From the NCBI GenBank assembly GCA_051362555.1, contig CM120640.1:70410788-70474787 (forward strand): 64,000 nucleotides of DNA. The letters are read 5' to 3'. The notes under the pieces were generated by a model, which worked only from the letters and a program-made list of their open reading frames with translations, was not told the DNA's origin and did no database searches. Position numbers and translations under genes: made by a program. How positions within the stretch are numbered: position 1 is the first letter of the stretch; the number at the start of each line of letters is the position of its first letter. Shown piece after piece: positions 49,342 to 60,815 of the stretch. The stretch comes from Lingula anatina. Taxonomy: Eukaryota > Animalia > Brachiopoda.

Positions 49342-51384
49342 CTTGTTGCTATATATTGAAGTAACCAACAAGTGAAGATAACAAAGATTATGTTAAATTT
49401 GATTAATTTTAGATATAAAACAGGTTATAAAAAACAAACACTGCAGGGTTAGAGAAAAGTTGTTAGAAGTGAATCATCGATACAGATATCAACCATAGAT
49501 GCAATTAGTTCTTTATTAAATGTAACTTTGTTGGGGGAGGAGGGCGTTCGGGGCTCGTTATAGGGCCCCGAAAAATTTTGGTCTTTTAGAGGGCGAATGG
49601 CGCATTTGGTACGGTTTAGAACTATGATTCAGCTACTAGTAGTCAAATTCTTAATTCAAGAGGGGCCATTGCTGTGATTTTTTCAGAAATCGCCACTGGG
49701 TAAATCTGCCACTGGATTAATAGCATTTCTGTGCAGGCCAACAACCATGCTCCGTTTTTTTCCTTTACCGCCGATACTGAAGTCATGTAAACGCATTTCA
49801 CCTAGTGCTTATGATAACAGAGTGGATGCCATCTCTTTCAAATCAATAAAGATGAGCTATTGGTATAATCTAGCATCATTCCTGAACTCGCGGGTATTTG
49901 AAAGTTCACGTAGTCTGCAAATGTATCTAGCTGATATTGGTTACGGTTGACACGAAGTTCAACTTCCAAATGTCAGACAGGGCGCTATTCCGAGAAGTAT
50001 GGAAAAGTTCAATGCATTTACCTTGATTCATAATAAGCAATTCCTTCAAAATAGACTCAGACTTACGTATGCATGTGTTTAAAATGGATCAAAACGGTTT
50101 GGTTATACCTATGTAACTCTGACCTCTGGGCCCACGGCCATTTCTTATTATCATCAGGCGATACAGGCCCATACATATTGTATTTTGGAGTGACTGTCGA
50201 CGGCTATTACACTATTCATTAGATATTCATAAACTACGCTAGAGACACCTACACAGGAGATTTAGAGATTTGTAGCCCGTTTCACAAGAAAAGTTTTAGT
50301 AATATATTTCCATCTCAGTGATGATAATAGGCCATTTATACTCTATTCGAGTATAATTTCTATCATCCATGATAAGGCCATTGGCCAATAGTGCAGTCAA
50401 CTACAACATTGGCCAATAGTGTAGTCGGCTACCCAATTTTAATTATCTTTTTATCAGTTTAAGCGACGGTCCAAATACTTTGTGTTGTGTATGAAACAGA
50501 TACCTGCACTTCTTACTTGTACTTATTCAGGTAAAAGGACATCACGGGCAGACGAAGATGTGAAACTTCCAATAAACGACAGTCAACAAAAAACCGCCAC
50601 TGCTGGTAGATTACAGAGATTAACATACCTGGTAATGTCAATACAAATACATCAAAGTGCATCTGTAAGGGCAATGGCCTGCAAAAAATGGTTTAAAAAA
50701 CCATTACTTGTACCTATGTTACCTCACTGTAGTTTTACAGTGAAATGAATATTCTTCTACAATGGTGTATGTAGTGTTTTTAATTTGAATTTATAATCCT
50801 TCATATTTATTTATTTATTTTGCTAAACAAACAAGAAAAACACTATAAAGGCGATGAAATTTATTTAACGAACATATTTCACAATAAAGATTTGTCCTTA
50901 TACCTAGAGGTCATTAATTAAATGATATAGATTCCACGTTGTTTGTGAATGTTGAAAAAAGCTGGCAAATGCTTTTTGATTATCAGGATGCTATGAAATT
51001 ACATACACTACTAAATGAAGAATGTCATGTGGTGATGACGATTCTGAATAATAATAACATGAAAGAGATGGTTATGATGATTAAAGCAACACTGAATGTG
51101 ATGATTGTGATAACTGATGATAATGAAGATGATAATAGTTAAGATGGTGCAGATTATCCCTGTGATAGCAGGCTCCTTCAAGTAACAAATTATTAGTCGT
51201 TAAGATGGAGAGATCATGTGGGCAGCCAGTCATTAAGGTGAAGATAGATACAATGTATCATGTATACAACCAGAGCATTAGGAACATGAAATGTCTGGGA
51301 AGCCTTGCTATATACACTGTATATGCTGTCAGTTGTAGTGTACTCTGTGTCTGCCAGCTTATACGGACACTGTCACTGTTCCAG

Positions 51385-54300
51385 CTAGGAGGCCTTGCCT
51401 GGTACTTTTGACATAACAGAATCTAGTGGATTCCACCTAGAGTCTTCCAGTGCTGTATAAAATTCCTGCAAGTAAAAACCGTTTTTTTTAAATATAACAA
51501 TTTCAATGTCAACTTTACATTTTAAATACATACCTTTTTCATAAACCGGTTTTCCAAATTAAAAAAAAACTATCAAATCTAACAATTTTCATCCAATATT
51601 CACTCAATTCAATAAGCGTGCTTATTTAAAACGAAAAAAAAAAAAAAAATACAGGTCTTTTTGTAGAGCCAATTTCTTTATGACACAATATATTTGGTGT
51701 CACTTGAATGAACCTGTTGGTATAATTACCTCACTTGTTTCAATGAATTCCTTATTGGCTTTTTGAACATCTACTTCTACACATGGATCTGAAAGTAGTC
51801 GCAATTTGTACAAAATAGTAGCAGAAACTACAATAAAAATGAATACATGTTGGATTCATTAAACCTTATAATCATTTTTAGCAAGAAGTCTCTCAGTTTT
51901 AATTTGGACTTTCTTTTAAGAGATAAAGTTAATTTTAAGATAAAAATAGTTATAAGAAATCAACCACATTTTAAATAATTTCCTGGCAAACATACCATGT
52001 GGGATATAAGATGTGGCATGGCATGCATTCAAGTCACTATACATGTTAAAGATCAATGGACACTGTAAGCAGAATAATACCTTCTAAGTCTTCATCCTCG
52101 TACTGTCCACTTTGATCCCAACCACCCTATTCAAAGTAAGAACATTTATGACTAAATATTATTACAGTAAAGACAATAAATTTCTAAATACTAGATTTTT
52201 TAATTTGTCAACTTGTGTTGTTTACTGTTCAAAAACACTACTAAAATATAATTATAACTTAACTGCCAGTATGATGTGTGTGCGTGTGAGCAAGCATGTA
52301 TGTGTACAAGCAAGGGTAAACATCTTGACCTGCTAAATCCATCTTCAACTCAAAATTCTTAATTATGAATCATAACTTCCAGTCCCCATGAGATGTCCAC
52401 ATCACTTACAGCATAGTCATAGTGGGAGTAGGCATGGCTGGCTGAGGAGGATGGAGCCACAGCATAATACTGCTGGCCTGTATAACCAGACCACTGGCTG
52501 TAGTAAGGATACTGTGGATACTGGGTGTAGTATGGGTGACTGCCACCAGGGGGCAGGGAAGTGCCAGGGGCCACTGGTGGGTTGTGCCTTGTAAAGAAAA
52601 TTATATAGGGCTATGTCAGCTTAACTTTCTATTGACAATGAATGGGTAATTTTTCATGAATGTTGACACCTTTAATAAAAGAGACTGACAGTATAATGGT
52701 GATAGAAAAATAAATCTAAAAGGGATTAAGGGCAATGTTTTTTATCAAAAAATAGCTAGTTTGGACACTTGCACATGCTGTTTAAAACTTCATAAATTAC
52801 GAATACTTCAAAGAAGCTTTAGATATAAATTTCTGAGCAATAACAACAACAGATAATAACAATAATGTCGAGTTGACATAAGATATTAAGGGGAAGTTCC
52901 CAAAAACACAATTAATACCAGTTTTAAGGAGTATTCATACCAACTGTTAGCCCTTTGTGCCTCAGAGCGTTGACATGAATTTTAATGTCTATGTGCTTAC
53001 ATACTTACAAAAATATAACCTACTTTTTAGGGGTTGCTAAACTGACTCTGATGATCTTCTTGCCAATGCCACAATAATGCTGCATTTCTGTGATAGCTCT
53101 CTGCTGCTCCTCCTCGTCTGTGAACCTCACAAAGCCGTAGCCTTTACTCCTCCCCGTCCCATCCAGAACAACTACACACATCAGAACAAAAATCTTTTGT
53201 TATCAAAATACAAAATTATTGTGTATATTGATTACAAAATTACTGACAAGGCACATTTCTTGCAGTCATAATCTACACGGTTTAAACATTTAAATTATAT
53301 GTATTTTATCACTCTGAGCATTTAGAATGTTAACCTATAAGTGATATGACATGAGATTGATACGTACCTACTCCTAATTTTTTTACGATACACAAAAAGT
53401 CATGTCTAGACATTTAGGATCCTTTGAGGTTGTTTATTTCATGTACTGTAATTAACTATAAATTTAAAACTCCTCATTTTTTCAATATCATTTTTTTTTT
53501 CTTAATTTTTTTAACCAATTCACAAAAACACACTATTTGACAAGAACACATCACACAGATCTTCTTATTGTCTTTTTAGAATATTTCAACCAAACAAAGT
53601 TCTGAAAATAAAGTACTTCAAATCCTGTTCAATTTTGGCAAACTATTACCATATGAATAAAAAAAACATCAAAGAATTCTGGGTCTTGCATTATATGGTC
53701 TATTTATAAACTCCCAAGTACCTTTTGTCATGAAATATGCACACAGTCTAATCAAAACTGTAATGCTAAAATCTTTTTTTAAAATAAAGCTTTCAAGGTT
53801 CAGGTACAATAGTACTTAAAAGGAACTCAAAGTAATAATATTCTGTCTGGGAGCACTGAAAACTAAAAGAGCACCTTTGTACTTTTGTACCTCACAGTGT
53901 AGCGTATTACATTTCACATGCCACTCACTCTCTTTTTGCTAAATTGCAATACCAAAACACATTTACAAACAGTTTAATGTGTGACACACTAAAGCCATTC
54001 CACTGACTGGGTATTGCTCACCTTTGGCACAATTACCTTAGAGTATGTCCTATAACATTAAATTTTTTTAATGACTTGGTTTTGCTCACCTTTGGCTGCC
54101 CGAATACTCTTATATTTCTTAGCAAATCCCTGATATAAAGAAAGATCATCAACATCATCTGTCAGGTCTCCCACAAACAGGGAATACTCAGGCCTGCAGT
54201 GAGAGAAATAAACTATATTTTATGCCTAAAGTTACTGCCCTCTGTTCACAAATTGTGATTTGATATGTCACTGGAAAGCCTTCTAAAAAAGAACATAGTT

Positions 54301-56073
54301 GCCTTAAATCTAATAACAGATAGGAATAAAAGTTAAGAGTTTGAGCTTCTCACACTGAAATATATGTGAGGATATCAAAGCGTTCTTAGAATACTTACAC
54401 TGCTAAGTGTTCTTTTCCATAACTGGCATGGTTTAATTTGAATCTCCGAAACTGAAACATATATAACAGAACTGTTCAATTCCAACTTTTAACAGTTATT
54501 AAAGTCAATAATAATGCCATGATAATTTGGTGCTACGAATCCCTAACTTGCTACGACAATGTAGAATAACCCCACACCAACCACATATAAAAACAATACA
54601 ATTCATTACAATTCATAAAAATATATATATATCATCTTTAAGAATCTTGTGAAAATCATTATGTTTTAGCTAGGAAGAAAAAAAAAAAAGAAAAACTCAC
54701 AGGTCTACTCCCAGGTACAATTTTGCCATTGAGTCTGAGCATGGCTTTGTGTGCTGTATCCACATCATGGAACTCCACAAAACAATAGCCTGCTAGGAGC
54801 CTGGAAAACATGGATAAACCAATGTCTACATCATGGAACTCCACAGAACAACAGCCTGCAAGAAGCCTGGAAAGCATGTTTTTTTTTACTAACAAATCAA
54901 TGAAGGTACCGCAGTGTACACAAAGTATTCACCTATATAACCTGATATATTTGCCTATGTATTGGGGGTGGGGGGAGGTGGGGTGGGGGGGGGGGGGGGC
55001 AGGGGTACATGGGAGAGGGTACATTCTGATATCTCAAAGATGGTCTGAAAATTTGCAGGCATGTACTTCCCAACTTTGACCCTAATTTTGCAGTGACAAG
55101 GGAGTTCATGTAGGGGTCATTACCAGGGTCTGATCAAGAAAAGACCAGGAACAGATAATATACTACCCCTTATTTCATTCATGTGTAACAGGGGCGTAAC
55201 CAGGCATACGCACGGATGCACTGTGCGTACAATTTTTTGAGCCAACCATGATATTATTCTCCATAAATTCAGTGTATTTTTCACGGAATATAATCGTACC
55301 TGGGAATTTTCAAAATCTGTGCGTACAATTTTAAATGGTCTGGTTACGCCCCTGTGTAATACATGTACATGTCGTACTCCATCATTTTTATTAAGTAACT
55401 GATCCATTAGATGCAATCTTGAAAGAAAAAAGTACAAACTGTGCAGCTAAAACATTTCTATTAATTGTTAATTGATTACTCATCGACTAATATCTCTTCT
55501 TTTTACCCAGTGGTCTTGCTCTTTATAAGCTTCACATTGGCAACTGGCTCTCCCATCTGTATGAAGGCTTGAGTGATGAATATCTCATCCATATAGGGCT
55601 CCAACTGAAACAAAACATTTCATTTGCCATTAATCATGTACTACTGGCTTAAAACAATGTGCATGTAATTTTATATTGCACAAAACTTAATGGACGGATG
55701 AGAGATGAGTTTATGGTTCTATTTTCTTCATTTATTAGCTCACAATCACAACGATAAAATTAAGCAAAAAGTTAAAAGTTCTGGCACTGACTGGGCCAGG
55801 GGCATCTCGATAGTCCGAAGGTTCATTGATCTGAAGGTTCATTGGTCCGAAAAAAAGTAACATTTTCATCGGTTTTTCAATCAAGTGTTCAATGGTCCAA
55901 AGGTTTTATAGTGAACATTCGGACCAATTAACCTTAAGTCTACAGTATTGCTACTGAGTATATACGACCCCGGCTGGGTCACCCTCTGAGCAGACGATTC
56001 CTTTTAACACTACGTAGTTTATCGCCAAGGGCAGAGAATGGGCTCTGCATGGAAAGTGAGCCTGGGTGCACTT

Positions 56074-56160
<87 letters not shown>

Positions 56161-56257
56161 GTAGGGGGGGGGGCGCTAGCAATACTTTACAAGTTTACAA
56201 AGCGATTCTTTGAATCTTACTTACGTCCCCCATCCAAAGAGTTCCCCCTCCTGCCAT
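51385..56257 (-). CDS. TRNAU1AP: tRNA selenocysteine 1-associated protein 1 (SECp43), two RRMs plus Tyr-rich C-terminus, ~299 aa, 10 exons
   Basis: Exons: 56257-56225, 55604-55507, 54800-54701, 54451-54399, 54193-54090, 53171-53024, 52587-52410, 52126-52081, 51788-51730, 51465-51385. 900 nt. Motifs [46 protein letters not shown], a Y/Q-rich tract and [24 protein letters not shown]. Confidence 0.93.
55189..55354. mobile_element. CAGGGGCG-type MITE with 5-bp TSD
   Basis: Perfect 15-bp TIR CAGGGGCGTAACCAG / CTGGTTACGCCCCTG, flanked by TGTAA on both sides. Confidence 0.8.
56070..56157. repeat. Duplicated ACTTACC(TG)n microsatellite unit
   Basis: Two units of acttacc followed by (TG)n, starting at 56070 and 56118. 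Confidence 0.9.
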
Positions 56258-56567
56258 CGCCCTACTCCAACGACTGCATACATGTAACGTAAACACGTAC
56301 AACGTACACGTACTCTACCACGTTTCCAGCCACTTGTGTACTATATGTGACGTCATCAATTTATGCACAGATCTACAGCATTGCTTTTTCCCCAGTAATC
56401 ATTGGTAACTTCTGATTCAAGCTGGTCAAAATTAAATCAACTTAAAATGTTATGCATTAAATGGTGACAGATTTGTCATTGGTCATATTTTATCTTTATT
56501 TACAAAAGTTGTTTGGGACCCCACAAAATCAATGACGTAGAGCACACGCACATGTTAAAGGAAAAGC
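56258..56567. promoter_or_regulatory. Bidirectional promoter shared by TRNAU1AP and PAK1IP1
   Basis: Only 310 bp separate the divergent ATGs. Palindromic CRE TGACGTCA at 56348-56355, CRE half-site at 56533, CpGs retained. Confidence 0.75.
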
Positions 56568-59500
56568 ATGGATGTTGTTGTGGGAAGTTACGAAGAACTC
56601 TCTCTCGGCTACAAGCTAACACATACAGACGGAGTAAGTGCTTTTTTTTAATATTTCAGAAATACTTAAAGGGATAATAACTCTTCGTATGAGATCTATT
56701 TTTCACAATAAAAACCTTGTGAATAACTCATAGAAATATAATTTATTCTGTTTTACCACAAAAACGACAGTTATAGCTTTTATTCTGATATCTGAACTTG
56801 TCTTTAGACCACGTGACCTCCATTGATGGCTATACTCTGTTAAAATCTCTTAAGAGATTTTAACAAAAAACCAAACTTTTTAGAAAAAAACCAGGGACTA
56901 ACTTTGAATGTAAAAATGGATTCATTAACCATTGGTAAGTATGGGAAAATTGTTGTTTACTCCAGGAAAATTCATTTTTTGGCCGAAACAAAGAGTTATT
57001 ATTGCTTTAATTCTTTTTCTGTTTATCGAATCTCAAAATAAATTATATCTTAGATAGAAAACCAAGAAAGCTATTTTGGTGGTTCAACACTTGAGCCAGC
57101 TGAGACCTTGCGTTAAAGACTTACCCATTTGAAACGACTACGTCTTCGTTCTTTCAGAAATGGGAATTTCAACAGATGTTCACAGACCATTCACACTGCG
57201 GTGGTGTGAGGGATGTTGCAATTTCAAAGAAGAAAATTCTGGCAACCGGGAGTTCAGATGAAACCATTAAGTTGTTTGATTTGGACAAGAAAGTGGAGCT
57301 GGGTTCACTGATGGAGCATGAAGGTATGGCTTGGAATGTTTATTTGACAGACAGACAGCTGGGCAGCAAAGCTCACTTTCCCCTTTTAACTTAAAGAAAT
57401 TAACGGCAGATAAGTTAATTACCATTTAGACCATTTAAAATGAGTTAGGTTGATCTAGCTAGCTAGTGCACACTAACTCCATTGGGACTCTTGCTGAATG
57501 CAGTCAAATCAACAGACCAAGTCTTCTATTGTTTTCATCATACTTATATAATCATCAGTTTCTCTGTATTCTATACCAAGAGGTGGGGTGTCATTCTGTT
57601 TATTTGATTGTGTTAAGCTAGAGTCCCCATGGAGTTACCTCGCACTATAACTATAGAAAGCAAATTCATTCTGAACTACTCTTTTAAGTAGTTTTTGTTG
57701 TATGATTTTAAGAAGACTGAATGTCACTGTAAATTTTAATATGCACACTTGTATATTTTCTTGCATTCATTGATTATTTTTGCAGGTACTATTACATCAT
57801 TATCATTTTATGAAGACAGTCATTTATTTAGTGGCAGTGAAGATGGTAAAATATGCATATGGAAGACCAGTGGTTGGGATTGCATAAAGACACTCAAGGG
57901 TCACAAGTAAGATTGTGTTAAGATGACATCTCAACAAAAATTAAGTCAAAATAATATATACACAGTTAAAGCTTAATATCTCAGAAATGGTAATAACTGT
58001 GAATACTCAAAAAAGGAACATGTATGTGTTTATTTTATGCCAGTGACTTATAAAAATACTTCTCAGTTTGTAAATATAAATTATTGTTTCAGAGGTCCCG
58101 TGCTTAGTGTATCGGTTCATCCCAGTGGCAAGCTGGCACTGTCTGTAGGGAAGGACAAGACATTGAGGACATGGAATTTGATCACGGGAAGAGCAGCTTT
58201 TATCACAAATATTAAAGAGGGTAAGATTGCTTACATCAAAATAATGTGAATTTCAGATGGTGAACTACATTAGGGGTCATCCATTTTTATCAGTATTTTC
58301 ACAAGTCTACAAAGAGGAGACTTTTTCCAGGCCCCTCACTCCCCACCCCTTTCAGAGAGAAAAAGGTGAAAAGCTAAATATGATGAGCTTTGCCAGCAGA
58401 CCACCGAGGATAAAGGTCATCATTTTTATCTATCATTTTTCCAAAAGCCTACAGAAGGCATTAAACCCCCATCACCAACTTACAGTTTGTAGCTATAGAC
58501 TAGTGAAAATGTTGATGAAAAAGGGAATGACCCTTACGGGCCTTAAACAAAGAAATTCAGAATTTGATAAGTGTAAAAAATTTCTCTGTTAATTTTGGAG
58601 TATTTTGGTCAACATAGAATGTAACTGATGCTTGTTATCTTGTGATTACAGTTGCAGAATCTGTTCACTGGTCACCAAATGGGGGTTTATATGCTGTAGT
58701 ATTTCCCAACAGAGTGGACATCTATGATGTGGAGGTGAACCATTTCTTTGTGGTGCCTTGATCTAATAAGTCATAAGATAGAAATAATCTTTGTAAACTT
58801 GAATTTTTGGAACTCTCCAATGGTACCAACAATTATCTGGACTATAACTGTGGAATCATTGAATTATATGTTGGTAGTGCTTGTAATTAGTTCAGAAATC
58901 TTAAAGATAACATCGTTTATGTTAAACTTGTATCATAATGACATTTCTGTTGTTGTTTTTCCAGAAGGCAGCAATAACTGACAGCATCTGCTGTGAGTTT
59001 AGAGTGCAGGTGGTAACATTTATGCAGGTAAGAACTGAAAAACATATATGTTAAAGACATATTTTTACAGCACATTAATTGACGTTAAATATCGTTATTG
59101 CTGTACGCTGATATGTTTATTAGTTTAAGGGAATGTTTTGTCATTTCAGTCCAACTGGTTGATAGTTGGAGGAAATCAAGGAATTTTTCAGATTTGTGAC
59201 TTGGACAAGAAGTCCAAAGTGTGTACTATGAACACGGGTACAAACAGGTAGTCATCTTGTTGTATTTTTCTTGTATTGAAATATATTGTCCATAAACTGT
59301 TTGTAGAAAGAAAACAAACTTTCAGCTAAAGTTGAAACATGGCCATCAGTATAAAAAGAACCCAACTGAAAAATTTTGTAAACTAGAACTCAGAGAACCT
59401 GGTCCATTTTACGTGGACTTGTTAATGACAGGAATTTGAGATATAGACATCTGTGTAAAAGGTAGGCTACTTTACATTTATTCAGATTATCATGTTTTCA

Positions 59501-60454
59501 GGATAAAAGGTATTGGTTGCTGCCAGATGGCAGGTGATACATGCATAGTAACTGCCTCAAGTGATGGTTTTATCAAAGCCTGGAAGCTCAGTAAAGATGT
59601 AGGTGGAACTTTTTTCAGATTGTTATTTAGGTATTAATAAGAGAACATCTTCATTGATCAGAGAGCAACTTTGTACACTTTTTTTCAGTGATTAAATTGA
59701 AGTTTGTATCTTAATCAACATTTTTCTTTTTTGCTTAATGATTATACTTCTTTTTTGCTTGCATTTCTCCCACTTCTCAAAGTTTGGTTTGTTTCAATGA
59801 CATGTTAAGTGAGATTATCTTATTAATCTGTTTCAACAGGTGCCCCCAGCATGTGAGTTACTGACAGAGGTCAATACCAAGTTCAGGCTGACATGTCTGA
59901 CTGTGGCCACAAAAGAACAGGAAAGTGTCAGTAACACACAGAAAAAGGAACTAGAAAATGTCATTAGTAATGGGGCTACAGGTAAATAAACAGCATATAT
60001 GTTTAAATGTTAATGATATTGTAAAAAAATGAAAGTTACCTGAGAGGAGCAGCTGTCATTTTTGTCAATTTAACAATACATATGAACTTTTTAGAGAAAT
60101 TTTGATTTAATAAGTCAAAGAACTTCTTCAAGTTGGGTCTGTCCAGAAAATAGTGTTATATATTTTCAATTGTGGTTTATTATATCTTGATGCACACTTC
60201 AGGTAAAAAGAGAAAAAGGAAGAGAGGAAAGTTTGGATCATCGCAGGAGCCAGAGAAAAGAAGAGATCAAAATATTCAGAAAACAAGTATTGAAGGTACA
60301 TGTTGCAATTTAACCACATTTTTAGCAAATAATGCTGTAAATACTTATGTACTCTTACCAGGGAAGTTGCTAAGGTTTGATTTTTTGTTTTTCAGAGGAA
60401 AAAGCACCAAAGAAAAAGAAGAAAAGGAAACAAGCTACGAAAGGCTCTGACTAA
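56568..60454 (+). CDS. PAK1IP1: p21-activated kinase-interacting protein 1 (Mak11-like WD40 60S biogenesis factor), ~371 aa, 11 exons
   Basis: Exons: 56568-56633, 57158-57323, 57786-57906, 58093-58220, 58652-58734, 58965-59027, 59150-59247, 59502-59598, 59840-59981, 60203-60295, 60396-60454. 1116 nt. N-terminal VVGSYEE..LGY. WD motifs LATGSSDETIKLFD, SVHPSGKLALSVGKDKTLRTWNL and VTASSDGFIKAW, then RLTCL and a Lys-rich tail. Confidence 0.93.
56670..57006. mobile_element. TTAA-flanked MITE (Kolobok-like), copy 2
   Basis: TTAA at 56666-56669 and 57007-57010. Collinear and highly similar to 16434-16772. Confidence 0.8.
57464..57647. mobile_element. Small MITE-like hairpin element
   Basis: tagtgcacactaactccattgggactcttgctgaatgcagtcaaatcaacaga pairs imperfectly over ~53 bp with tctgtttatttgattgtgttaagctagagtccccatggagttacctcgcacta. 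Confidence 0.65.
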
Positions 60455-60815
60455 ATAAAAGACAATAAAATAAAATAAAATGTATAAGAATATATTTATT
60501 TGTCATTCATTGGTTCCCTTACATAGTTTTCCTTTTTATTTTAAAACCATCAATACCTATAAATTAATTCTAGAACTATACTTTAAAGCAAAACTAAGAC
60601 AACAAACTGTAACTTGTCAAAAACAAACAAAGCATACTTCTTGAATATGTACTTGGTACATAAACTGAAGGAACATCTGATCTAAACTGCCTTGTAGATA
60701 TCTCTATGTGAACTACTAACTGTTTATTCTAAAACTAAATTTTACAAAGTTCTTGCTTTAGTTAAAAATGCATACTATGGAAGCTGGAGTTTTTTCTCCA
60801 ATGGTGGAATGTATG

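Noticed and set aside
51730-53171. Possible in-frame TGA (selenocysteine) in TRNAU1AP exons
   Set aside because: Careful phase tracking puts the TGA triplets out of frame. The CDS is open to TAG at 51385.
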